Positions 42,370 through 55,620 of a stretch of 64,000 nt of DNA are shown one piece after another. The DNA comes from Eledone cirrhosa. Lineage: Eukaryota. Position 1 is the first letter of the stretch. Each line of letters begins with the position of its first letter. The stretch spans positions 408,766,001 through 408,830,000 of the forward strand of contig OZ024741.1 in NCBI GenBank assembly GCA_964016885.1, given 5' to 3'. The notes under the pieces were generated by a model. It ran no database searches, was not told the origin of the DNA, and worked only from the letters and a program-made list of their open reading frames with translations. A program made the translations under genes and the position numbers.

Positions 42370-45300
42370 AGACTGTGTACCTATTTTAAAAGGGAGACTG
42401 TACCTATTTAAAAAGGAACATTGTACCTATTTTAAAAGGAAGACTGTGTATCTATTTTAAAAGGAAGACTGTACCTATTTTAAAAGGGAGACTGTACCTA
42501 TTTTAAAAGGAAGACTGTACCTATTTTAAAAGGAAGATTGTGTACCTATTTTAAAAGGAAGACTGTGTACCTATTTTAAAAGGAAGACTGTACCTATTTT
42601 AAAAGGAAGACTGTGTACCTATTTTAAAAGGGAGATTATTACCTATTTTAAAAGGAAGACTGTACCTATTTTAAAAGGAAGACTGTGTACCTATTTTAAA
42701 AGGAAGATTGTGTACCTATTTTAAAAGGAAGACTGTGTACCTATTTTAAAAGGAAGACTGTACCTATTTTAAAAGTAAGACTGTGTACCTATTTTAAAAG
42801 GGAGATTATTACCTATTTTAAAAGGAAGACTGTACCTATTTTAAAAGGAAGACTGTACCTATTTTAAAAGGAAGATTGTACCTATTTTAAAAGGACGACT
42901 GTACCTATTTTAAAAGGAAGACTGTTATACCTATTTTAAAAGGAAGACTGTACCTATTTTAAAAGGGAGACTGTGTACCTATTTTAAAAGGAAGAATGTA
43001 CCTATTTTAAAAGGAAGACTGTACCTATTTTAAAAGGAAGACTGTACCTATTTTAAAAAGAAGACTGTGTACCTATTTTAAAAGGGAGACTGTACCTATT
43101 TAAAAAGGAACATTGTACCTATTTTAAAAGGAAGACTGTGTACCTATTTTAAAAGGAAGACTGTACCTATTTTAAAAGGGAGACTGTACCTATTTTAAAA
43201 GGAAGAGTGTGTACCTATTTTAAAAGGAAGACTGTACCTATTTTAAAAGGAAGCCTGTGTACCTATTTTAAAAGGAAGATTGTACCTATTTTAAAAGGAA
43301 GATGTGAACCTATTTTAAAACGGAGACTGTACCTATTTTAATAGGGAGACTGTACCTATTTTAAAAGGAAGACTGTGTATCTATTTTAAAAGGGAGACTG
43401 TGTACTTATTTTAAAAGGAAGACTGCGTACCTATTTTAAGAGGAAAACTGTACCTATTTTAAAAGGGAGACTGTGTACCTATTTCAAAAGGAAGACTGTA
43501 CCTATTTTAAAAGGGAAACTGTGTACCTATTTTAAAAGGGAGACTGTGTACCTATTTTAAAAGGAAGACTGTACCTATTTTAAAAGGGAGACAGTGTACC
43601 TATTTTAAAAGGGAGACTGTGTACATATTTTAAAAGGGAGATTATTACCTATTTTAAAAGGAAGACTGTACCTATTTTAAAAGGAAGCCTGTGTACCTAT
43701 TTTAAAAGGAAGATTGTACCTATTTTAAAAGGAAGATGTGAACCTATTTTAAAACGGAGACTGTACCTATTTTAAAAGGGAGACTGTACCTATTTTAAAA
43801 GGAAGACTGTGTAACTATTTTAAAAGGGAGACTGTGTACTTATTTTAAAAGGAAGACTGCGTACCTATTTTAAGAGGAAAACTGTACCTATTTTAAAAGG
43901 GAGACTGTGTACCTATTTCAAAAGGAAGACTGTACCTATTTTAAAAGGGAAACTGTGTACCTATTTTAAAAGGGAGACTGTGTACCTATTTTAAAAGGAA
44001 GACTGTACATATTTTAAAAGGGAGACTGTGTACCTATTTTAAAAGGGAGATTATTACCTATTTTAAAAGGAAGACTGTACCTATTTTAAAAGGAAGACTG
44101 TGTACCTATTTTAAAAGGGAGATTATTACCTATTTTAAAAGGAAGGCTGTACCTATTTTAAAAGGAAGACTGTGTACCTATTTTAAAAGGGAGATTATTA
44201 CCTATTTTAAAAGGAAGACTGTACCTATTTTAAAAGGGAGACTGTGTACCTATTTTAAAAGGGAGATTATTACCTATTTTAAAAGGAAGACTGTACCTAT
44301 TTTAAAAGGAAGACTGTGTACCTATTTTAAAAGGAAGATTGTACCTATTTTAAAAGGAAGACTGGACCTATTTTAAAAGGAAGACTGTGTACCTATTTTA
44401 AAAGGAAGACTGTACCTATTTTAAAAGGGAGACTGTGTACCTATTTTAAAAGGAAGAATGTACCTATTTTAAAAGGAAGACTGTACCTATTTTAAAAGGA
44501 AGACTGTACCTAATTTAAAAAGAAGACTGTGTACCTATTTTAAAAGGGAGACTGTACCTATTTTAAAAGGAAGATGTGAACCTATTTTAAAACGGAGACT
44601 GTACCTATTTTAAAAGGGAGACTGTACCTATTTTAAAAGGAAGACTGTGTACCTATTTTAAAAGGAAGACCGTGTACCTATTTTAAAAGGGAGACTGTAC
44701 CTATTTTAAAAGGAAGACTGTACCTATTTTAAAAGGAAGACTGTGTACCTATTTTAAAAGGGAGACTGTACCTATTTTAAAAAGAACACTGTACCTATTT
44801 TAAAAGGAAGATTGTGTACCTATTTTAAATGGAAGACTGTGTACCTATTTTAAAAGGAAGACTGTACCTATTTTAAAAGGAAGACTGTGTACCTATTTTA
44901 AAAGGGAGATTATTACCTATTTTGAAAGGAAGACTGTACCTATTTTAAAAGGAAGACTGTGTACCTATTTTAAAAGGAAGACTGTACCTATTTTAAAAGG
45001 AAGACTGTGTACCTATTTTAAAAGGAAGACTGTACCTATTTTAAAAGGGAGACTGTGTACCTATTTTAAATGGAAGAATGTACCTATTTTAAAAGGAAGA
45101 CTGTACCTATTTTAAAAGGAAGACTGTACCTATTTTAAAAAGAAGACTGTGTACCTATTTTAAAAGGGAGACTGTACCTATTTAAAAAGGAACATTGTAC
45201 CTATTTTAAAAGGAAGACTGTGTATCTATTTTAAAAGGAAGACTGTACCTATTTTAAAAGGGAGACTGTACCTATTTTAAAAGGAAGACTGTACCTATTT

Positions 45301-47750
45301 TAAAAGGAAGATTGTGTACCTATTTTAAAAGGAAGACTGTGTACCTATTTTAAAAGGAAGACTGTACCTATTTTAAAAGGAAGACAGTGTACCTATTTTA
45401 AAAGGGAGATTATTACCTATTTTAAAAGGAAGACTGTACCTATTTTAAAAGGAAGACTGTGTACCTATTTTAAAAGGAAGATTGTGTACCTATTTTAAAA
45501 GGAAGACTGTGTACCTATTTTAAAAGGAAGACTGTACCTATTTTAAAAGTAAGACTGTGTACCTATTTTAAAAGGGAGATTATTACCTATTTTAAAAGGA
45601 AGACTGTACCTATTTTAAAAGGAAGACTGTGTACCTATTTTAAAAGGAAGATTGTACCTATTTTAAAAGGACGACTGTACCTATTTTAAAAGGAAAACTG
45701 TTATACCTATTTTAAAAGGAAGACTGTACCTATTTTAAAAGGGAGACTGTGTACCTATTTTAAAAGGAAGAATATACCTATTTTAAAAGGAAGACTGTAC
45801 CTATTTTAAAAGGAAGATTGTACCTATTTTAAAAAGAAGACTGTGTACCTATTTTAAAAGGGAGACTGTACCTATTTAAAAAGGAACATTGTACCTATTT
45901 TAAAAGGAAGACTGTGTACCTATTTTAAAAGGAAGACTGTACCTATTTTAAAAGGGAGACTGTACCTATTTTAAAAGGAAGAGTGTGTACCTATTTTAAA
46001 AGGAAGACTGTACCTATTTTAAAAGGAAGCCTGTGTACCTATTTTAAAAGGAAGATTGTACCTATTTTAAAAGGAAGATGTGAACCTATTTTAAAACGGA
46101 GACTGTACCTATTTTAATAGGGAGACTGTACCTATTTTAAAAGGAAGACTGTGTATCTATTTTAAAAGGGAGACTGTGTAATTATTTTAAAAGGAAGACT
46201 GCGTACCTATTTTAAGAGGAAAGCTGTACCTATTTTAAAAGTGAGACTGTGTACCTATTTCAAAAGGAAGACTGTACCTATTTTAAAAGGGAAACTGTGT
46301 ACCTATTTTAAAAGGGAGACTGTGTACCTATTTTAAAAGGAAGACTGTACCTATTTTAAAAGGGAGACAGTGTACCTATTTTAAAAGGGAGACTGTGTAC
46401 CTATTTTAAAAGGGAGATTATTACCTATTTTAAAAGGAAGACTGTACCTATTTTAAAAGGAAGCCTGTGTACCTATTTTAAAAGGAAGATTGTACCTATT
46501 TTAAAACGGAGACTGTACCTATTTTAAAAGGGAGACTGTACCTATTTTAAAAGGAAGACTGTGTATCTATTTTAAAAGGGAGACTGTGTACTTATTTTAA
46601 AAGGAAGACTGCGTACCTATTTTAAGAGGAAAAGTGTACCTATTTTAAAAGGGAGACTGTGTACCTATTTCAAAAGGAAGACTGTACCTATTTTAAAAGG
46701 GAAACTGTGTACCTATTTTAAAAGGGAGACTGTGTACCTATTTTAAAAGGAAGACTGTACCTATTTTAAAAGGGAGACTGTGTACCTATTTTAAAAGGGA
46801 GATTATTACCTATTTTAAAAGGAAGACTGTACCTATTTTAAAAGGAAGACTGTGTACCTATTTTAAAAGGGAGATTATTACCTATTTTAAAAGGAAGGCT
46901 GTACCTATTTTAAAAGGAAGACTGTGTACCTATTTTAAAAGGGAGATTATTACCTATTTTAAAAGGAAGACTGTACCTATTTTAAAAGGGAGACTGTGTA
47001 CCTATTTTAAAAGGAAGAATGTACCTATTTTAAAAGGAAGACTGTACCTATTTTAAAAGGAAGACTGTACCTATTTTAAAAAGAAGACTGTGTACCTATT
47101 TTAAAAGGGAGACTGTACCTATTTTAAAAGGAAGATGTGAACCTATTTTAAAACGGAGACTGTACCTATTTTAAAAGGGAGACTGTACCTATTTTAAAAG
47201 GAAGACTGTGTACCTATTTTAAAAGGAAGACCGTGTACCTATTTTAAAAGGGAGACTGTACCTATTTTAAAAAGAACACTGTACCTATTTTAAAAGGAAA
47301 ATTGTGTACCTATTTTAAAAGGAAGACTGTGTACCTATTTTAAAAGGAAGACTGTACCTATTTTAAAAGGAAGACTGTGTACCTATTTTAAAAGGGAGAT
47401 TATTACCTATTTTAAAAGGAAGACTGTACCTATTTTAAAAGGAAGACTGTGTACCTATTTTAAAAGGAAGATTGTACCTATTTTAAAAGGAAGACTGTAC
47501 CTATTTTAAAAGGAAAACTGTGTACCTATTTTAAAAGGAAGACTGTACCTATTTTAAAAGGGAGACTGTGTACCTATTTTAAAAAGGAAGAATGTACCTA
47601 TTTTAAAAGGAAGACTGTACCTATTTTAAAAGGAAGACTGTACCTATTTTAAAAAGAAGACTGTGTACCTATTTTAAAAGGGAGACTGTACCTATTTAAA
47701 AAGGAACATTGTACCTATTTTAAAAGGAAGTCTGTGTACCTATTTTAAAA
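42370..47750. repeat. Two older copies of the ~2.78-kb master higher-order unit
   Basis: Offset 2776 for GGACGAC 42893/45669, GAGTGTG 43205/45981 and ATAGG 43341/46117. Each copy has several private substitutions. Confidence 0.8.
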
Positions 47751-50700
47751 GGAAGACTGTACCTATTTTAAAAGGGAGACTGTACCTATTTTAAAAGGAA
47801 GACTGTACCTATTTTAAAAGGATGACTGTACCTATTTTAAAAGGAAGACTGTGTACCTATTTTAAAAGGAAGCCTGTGTACCTATTTTAAAAGGAAGACA
47901 GTGTACCTATTTTAAAAAGAAGACTGTACCTATTTTAAAAGGAAGACTGTACCTATTTTAAAAGGAAGCCTGTGTACCTATTTTAAAAGGAAGATTGTAC
48001 CTATTTTAAAAGGGAGACTGTACCTATTTTAAAAGGGAGACTGTGTACCTATTTTAAAAAGGAAGACCGTGTACCTATTTTAAAAGGGAGACTGTACCTA
48101 TTTTAAAAGGAAGACGGTGTACCTATTTTACAAGGAAGACTGTACCTATTTTAAAAGGGAGACTGTACCTATTTTAAAAGGGAGACTGTGTACCTATTTT
48201 AAAAGGAAGACCGTGTACCTATTTTAAAAGGGAGACTGTACCTATTTTAAAAGGAAGACTGTGTACCTATTTTAAAAGGAAGACCGTGTACCTATTTTAA
48301 AAGGGAGACTGTACCTATTTTAAAAGGAAAACTGTACCTATTTTAAAAGGGAGACTGTGTACCTATTTCAAAAGGAAGACTGTACCTATTTTAAAAGGGA
48401 AACTGTGTACCTATTTTAAAAGGGAGACTGTGTACCTATTTTAAAAGGAAGACTGTACATATTTTAAAAGGGAGACTGTGTACCTATTTTAAAAGGGAGA
48501 TTATTACCTATTTTAAAAGGAAGACTGTACCTATTTTAAAAGGAAGACTGTGTACCTATTTTAAAAGGGAGATTATTACCTATTTTAAAAGGAAGGCTGT
48601 ACCTATTTTAAAAGGAAGACTGTGTACCTATTTTAAAAGGGAGATTATTACCTATTTTAAAAGGAAGACTGTACCTATTTTAAAAGGGAGACTGTGTACC
48701 TATTTTAAAAGGGAGATTATTACCTATTTTAAAAGGAAGACTGTACCTAATTTAAAAGGAAGACTGCGTACCTATTTTAAAAGGAAGATTGTACCTATTT
48801 TAAAAGGAAGACTGGACCTATTTTAAAAGGAAGACTGTGTACCTATTTTAAAAGGAAGACTGTACCTATTTTAAAAGGGAGACTGTGTACCTATTTTAAA
48901 AGGAAGAATGTACCTATTTTAAAAGGAAGACTGTACCTATTTTAAAAGGAAGACTGTACCTAATTTAAAAAGAAGACTGTGTACCTATTTTAAAAGGGAG
49001 ACTGTACCTATTTTAAAAGGAAGATGTGAACCTATTTTAAAACGGAGACTGTACCTATTTTAAAAGGGAGACTGTACCTATTTTAAAAGGAAGACTGTGT
49101 ACCTATTTTAAAAGGAAGACCGTGTACCTATTTTAAAAGGGAGACTGTACCTATTTTAAAAGGAAGACTGTACCTATTTTAAAAGGAAGACTGTGTACCT
49201 ATTTTAAAAGGGAGACTGTACCTATTTTAAAAAGAACACTGTACCTATTTTAAAAGGAAGATTGTGTACCTATTTTAAATGGAAGACTGTGTACCTATTT
49301 TAAAAGGAAGACTGTACCTATTTTAAAAGGAAGACTGTGTACCTATTTTAAAAGGGAGATTATTACCTATTTTGAAAGGAAGACTGTACCTATTTTAAAA
49401 GGAAGACTGTGTACCTATTTTAAAAGGAAGATTGTACCTATTTTAAAAGGAAGACTGTACCTATTTTAAAAGGAAGACTGTGTACCTATTTTAAAAGGAA
49501 GACTGTACCTATTTTAAAAGGGAGACTGTGTACCTATTTTAAATGGAAGAATGCACCTATTTTAAAAGGAAGACTGTACCTATTTTAAAAGGAAGACTGT
49601 ACCTATTTTAAAAAGAAGACTGTGTACCTATTTTAAAAGGGAGACTGTACCTATTTAAAAAGGAACATTGTACCTATTTTAAAAGGAAGACTGTGTATCT
49701 ATTTTAAAAGGAAGACTGTACCTATTTTAAAAGGGAGACTGTACCTATTTTAAAAGGAAGACTGTACCTATTTTAAAAGGAAGATTGTGTACCTATTTTA
49801 AAAGGAAGACTGTGTACCTATTTTAAAAGGAAGACTGTACCTATTTTAAAAGGAAGACAGTGTACCTATTTTAAAAGGGAGATTATTACCTATTTTAAAA
49901 GGAAGACTGTACCTATTTTAAAAGGAAGACTGTGTACCTATTTTAAAAGGAAGATTGTGTACCTATTTTAAAAGGAAGACTGTGTACCTATTTTAAAAGG
50001 AAGACTGTACCTATTTTAAAAGGAAGATTGTGTACCTATTTTAAAAGGAAGACTGTGTACCTATTTTAAAAGGAAGACTGTACCTATTTTAAAAGGAAGA
50101 CAGTGTACCTATTTTAAAAGGGAGATTATTACCTATTTTAAAAGGAAGAATGTACCTATTTTAAAAGGAAGACTGTACCTATTTTAAAAGGAAGACTGTA
50201 CCTATTTTAAAAAGAAGACTGTGTACCTATTTTAAAAGGGAGACTGTACCTATTTTAAAAGGAAGATGTGAACCTATTTTAAAACGGAGACTGTACCTAT
50301 TTTAAAAGGGAGACTGTACCTATTTTAAAAGGAAGACTGTGTACCTATTTTAAAAGGAAGACCGTGTACCTATTTTAAAAGGGAGACTGTACCTATTTTA
50401 AAAAGAACACTGTACCTATTTTAAAAGGAAAATTGTGTACCTATTTTAAAAGGAAGACTGTGTACCTATTTTAAAAGGAAGACTGTACCTATTTTAAAAG
50501 GAAGACTGTGTACCTATTTTAAAAGGGAGATTATTACCTATTTTAAAAGGAAGACTGTACCTATTTGAAAAGGAAGACTGTGTACCTATTTTAAAAGGAA
50601 GATTGTACCTATTTTAAAAGGAAGACTGTACCTATTTTAAAAGGAAAACTGTGTACCTATTTTAAAAGGAAGACTGTACCTATTTTAAAAGGGAGACTGT

Positions 50701-53270
50701 GTACCTATTTTAAAAAGGAAGAATGTACCTATTTTAAAAGGAAGACTGTACCTATTTTAAAAGGAAGACTGTACCTATTTTAAAAAGAAGACTGTGTACC
50801 TATTTTAAAAGGGAGACTGTACCTATTTAAAAAGGAACATTGTACCTATTTTAAAAGGAAGTCTGTGTACCTATTTTAAAAGGAAGACTGTACCTATTTT
50901 AAAAGGGAGACTGTACCTATTTTAAAAGGAAGACTGTACCTATTTTAAAAGGATGACTGTACCTATTTTAAAAGGAAGACTGTGTACCTATTTTAAAAGG
51001 AAGCCTGTGTACCTATTTTAAAAGGAAGACAGTGTACCTATTTTAAAAAGAAGACTGTACCTATTTTAAAAGGAAGACTGTACCTATTTTAAAAGGAAGC
51101 CTGTGTACCTATTTTAAAAGTAAGATTGTACCTATTTAAAAGGGAGACTGTACCTATTTTAAAAGGGAGACTGTGTACCTATTTTAAAAGGAAGACCGTG
51201 TACCTATTTTAAAAGGGAGACTGTACCTATTTTAAAAGGAAGACGGTGTACCTATTTTACAAGGAAGACTGTACCTATTTTAAAAGGGAGACTGTACCTA
51301 TTTTAAAAGGGAGACTGTGTACCTATTTTAAAAGGAAGACCGTGTACCTATTTTAAAAGGGAGACTGTACCTATTTTAAAAGGAAGACTGTGTACCTATT
51401 TTAAAAGGAAGACCGTGTACCTATTTTAAAAGGGAGACTGTACCTATTTTAAAAGGAAAACTGTACCTATTTTAAAAGGGAGACTGTGTACCTATTTCAA
51501 AAGGAAGACTGTACCTATTTTAAAAGGGAAACTGTGTACCTATTTTAAAAGGGAGACTGTGTACCTATTTTAAAAGGAAGACTGTACATATTTTAAAAGG
51601 GAGACTGTGTACCTATTTTAAAAGGGAGATTATTACCTATTTTAAAAGGAAGACTGTACCTATTTTAAAAGGAAGACTGTGTACCTATTTTAAAAGGGAG
51701 ATTATTACCTATTTTAAAAGGAAGGCTGTACCTATTTTAAAAGGAAGACTGTGTACCTATTTTAAAAGGGAGATTATTACCTATTTTAAAAGGAAGACTG
51801 TACCTATTTTAAAAGGGAGACTGTGTACCTATTTTAAAAGGGAGATTATTACCTATTTTAAAAGGAAGACTGTACCTATTTTAAAAGGAAGACTGCGTAC
51901 CTATTTTAAAAGGAAGATTGTACCTATTTTAAAAGGAAGACTGGACCTATTTTAAAAGGAAGACTGTGTACCTATTTTAAAAGGAAGACTGTACCTATTT
52001 TAAAAGGGAGACTGTGTACCTATTTTAAAAGGAAGAATGTACCTATTTTAAAAGGAAGACTGTACCTATTTTAAAAGGAAGACTGTACCTAATTTAAAAA
52101 GAAGACTGTGTACCTATTTTAAAAGGGAGACTGTACCTATTTTAAAAGGAAGATGTGAACCTATTTTAAAACGGAGACTGTACCTATTTTAAAAGGGAGA
52201 CTGTACCTATTTTAAAAGGAAGACTGTGTACCTATTTTAAAAGGAAGACCGTGTACCTATTTTAAAAGGGAGACTGTACCTATTTTAAAAGGAAGACTGT
52301 ACCTATTTTAAAAGGAAGACTGTGTACCTATTTTAAAAGGGAGACTGTACCTATTTTAAAAAGAACACTGTACCTATTTTAAAAGGAAGATTGTGTACCT
52401 ATTTTAAATGGAAGACTGTGTACCTATTTTAAAAGGAAGACTGTACCTATTTTAAAAGGAAGACTGTGTACCTATTTTAAAAGGGAGATTATTACCTATT
52501 TTGAAAGGAAGACTGTACCTATTTTAAAAGGAAGACTGTGTACCTATTTTAAAAGGAAGATTGTACCTATTTTAAAAGGAAGACTGTACCTATTTTAAAA
52601 GGAAGACTGTGTACCTATTTTAAAAGGAAGACTGTACCTATTTTAAAAGGGAGACTGTGTACCTATTTTAAATGGAAGAATGTACCTATTTTAAAAGGAA
52701 GACTGTACCTATTTTAAAAGGAAGACTGTACCTATTTTAAAAAGAAGACTGTGTACCTAATTTAAAAGGGAGACTGTACCTATTTAAAAAGGAACATTGT
52801 ACCTATTTTAAAAGGAAGACTGTGTATCTATTTTAAAAGGAAGACTGTACCTATTTTAAAAGGGAGACTGTACCTATTTTAAAAGGAAGACTGTACCTAT
52901 TTTAAAAGGAAGATTGTGTACCTATTTTAAAAGGAAGACTGTGTACCTATTTTAAAAGGAAGACTGTACCTATTTTAAAAGGAAGACAGTGTACCTATTT
53001 TAAAAGGGAGATTATTACCTATTTTAAAAGGAAGACTGTACCTATTTTAAAAGGAAGACTGTGTACCTATTTTAAAAGGAAGATTGTGTACCTATTTTAA
53101 AAGGAAGACTGTGTACCTATTTTAAAAGGAAGACTGTACCTATTTTAAAAGGAAGATTGTGTACCCATTTTAAAAGGAAGACTGTGTACCTATTTTAAAA
53201 GGAAGACTGTACCTATTTTAAAAGGAAGACAGTGTACCTATTTTAAAAGGGAGATTATTACCTATTTTAA
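47010..53270. repeat. Tandem higher-order duplication, period ~3.13 kb
   Basis: GGATGAC at 47820/50951 (3131), GACGGTGT..TTTTACAAGG at ~48113/51242, ACTGGACC at 48811/51940 (3129), TTTGAAAGG at 49371/52500. Confidence 0.85.
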
Positions 53271-53369
53271 AAGGAAGACTGTACCTATTTTAAAAGGAAG
53301 ACTGTGTACCTATTTTAAAAGGAAGATTGTGTACCTATTTTAAAAGGAAGACTGTGTACCTATTTTAAA

Positions 53370-55620
53370 AGGAAGACTGTACCTATTTTAAAAGGAAGAC
53401 TGTTATACCTATTTTAAAAGGAAGACTGTACCTATTTTAAAAGGGAGACTGTGTACCTATTTTAAAAGGAAGAATATACCTATTTTAAAAGGAAGACTGT
53501 ACCTATTTTAAAAGGAAGACTGTACCTATTTTAAAAAGAAGACTGTGTACCTATTTTAAAAGGGAGACTGTACCTATTTAAAAAGGAACATTGTACCTAT
53601 TTTAAAAGGAAGACTGTGTACCTATTTTAAAAGGAAGACTGTACCTATTTTAAAAGGGAGACTGTACCTATTTTATAAGGAAGAGTGTGTACCTATTTTA
53701 AAAGGAAGACTGTACCTATTTTAAAAGGAAGCCTGTGTACCTATTTTAAAAGGAAGATTGTACCTATTTTAAAAGGAAGATGTGAACCTATTTTAAAACG
53801 GAGACTGTACCTATTTTAATAGGGAGACTGTACCTATTTTAAAAGGAAGACTGTGTATCTATTTTAAAAGGGAGACTGTGTAATTATTTTAAAAGGAAGA
53901 CTGCGTACCTATTTTAAGAGGAACGCTGTACCTATTTTAAAAGTGAGACTGTGTACCTATTTCAAAAGGAAGACTGTACCTATTTTAAAAGGGAAACTGT
54001 GTACCTATTTTAAAAGGGAGACTGTGTACCTATTTTAAAAGGAAGACTGTACCTATTTTAAAAGGGAGACAGTGTACCTATTTTAAAAGGAAGACTGTGT
54101 ACCTATTTTAAAAGGGAGATTATTACCTATTTTGAAAGGAAGACTGTACCTATTTTAAAAGGAAGACTGTGTACCTATTTTAAAAGGAAGATTGTACCTA
54201 TTTTAAAAGGAAGACTGTACCTATTTTAAAAGGAAGACTGTGTACCTATTTTAAAAGGAAGACTGTACCTATTTTAAAAGGGAGACTGTGTACCTATTTT
54301 AAATGGAAGAATGTACCTATTTTAAAAGGAAGACTGTACCTATTTTAAAAGGAAGACTGTACCTATTTTAAAAAGAAGACTGTGTACCTATTTTAAAAGG
54401 GAGACTGTACCTATTTAAAAAGGAACATTGTACCTATTTTAAAAGGAAGACTGTGTATCTATTTTAAAAGGGAGACTGTACCTATTTTAAAAGGGAGACT
54501 GTACCTATTTTAAAAGGAAGACTGTACCTATTTTAAAAGGAAGATTGTGTACCTATTCTAAAAGGAAGACTGTGTACCTATTTTAAAAGGAAGACTGTAC
54601 CTATTTTAAAAGGAAGACAGTGTACCTATTTTAAAAGGGAGATTATTACCTATTTTAAAAGGAAGACTGTACCTATTTTAAAAGGAAGACTGTGTACCTA
54701 TTTTAAAAGGAAGATTGTGTACCTATTTTAAAAGGAAGACTGTGTACCTATTTTAAAAGGAAGACTGTACCTATTTTAAAAGTAAGACTGTGTACCTATT
54801 TTAAAAGGGAGATTATTACCTATTTTAAAAGGAAGACTGTACCTATTTTAAAAGGAAGACTGTGTACCTATTTTAAAAGGAAGATTGTACCTATTTTAAA
54901 AGGACGACTGTACCTATTTTAAAAGGAAGACTGTTATACCTATTTTAAAAGGAAGACTGTACCTATTTTAAAAGGGAGACTGTGTACCTATTTTAAAAGG
55001 AAGAATATACCTATTTTAAAAGGAAGACTGTACCTATTTTAAAAGGAAGACTGTACCTATTTTAAAAAGAAGACTGTGTACCTATTTTAAAAGGGAGACT
55101 GTACCTATTTAAAAAGGAACATTGTACCTATTTTAAAAGGAAGACTGTGTACCTATTTTAAAAGGAAGACTGTACCTATTTTAAAAGGGAGACTGTACCT
55201 ATTTTATAAGGAAGAGTGTGTACCTATTTTAAAAGGAAGACTGTACCTATTTTAAAAGGAAGCCTGTGTACCTATTTTAAAAGGAAGATTGTACCTATTT
55301 TAAAACGAAGATGTGAACCTATTTTAAAACGGAGACTGTACCTATTTTAATAGGGAGACTGTACCTATTTTAAAAGGAAGACTGTGTATCTATTTTAAAA
55401 GGGAGACTGTGTAATTATTTTAAAAGGAAGACTGCGTACCTATTTTAAGAGGAAAGCTGTACCTATTTTAAAAGTGAGACTGTGTACCTATTTCAAAAGG
55501 AAGACTGTACCTATTTTAAAAGGGAAACTGTGTACCTATTTTAAAAGGGAGACTGTGTACCTATTTTAAAAGGAAGACTGTACCTATTTTAAAAGGGAGA
55601 CAGTGTACCTATTTTAAAAG
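53370..55620. repeat. Duplication with 1,531-bp offset
   Basis: GAATATACC at 53472/55003, TTTTATAAGG at 53671/55202, GTAATTATT at 53880/55411. Confidence 0.8.
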
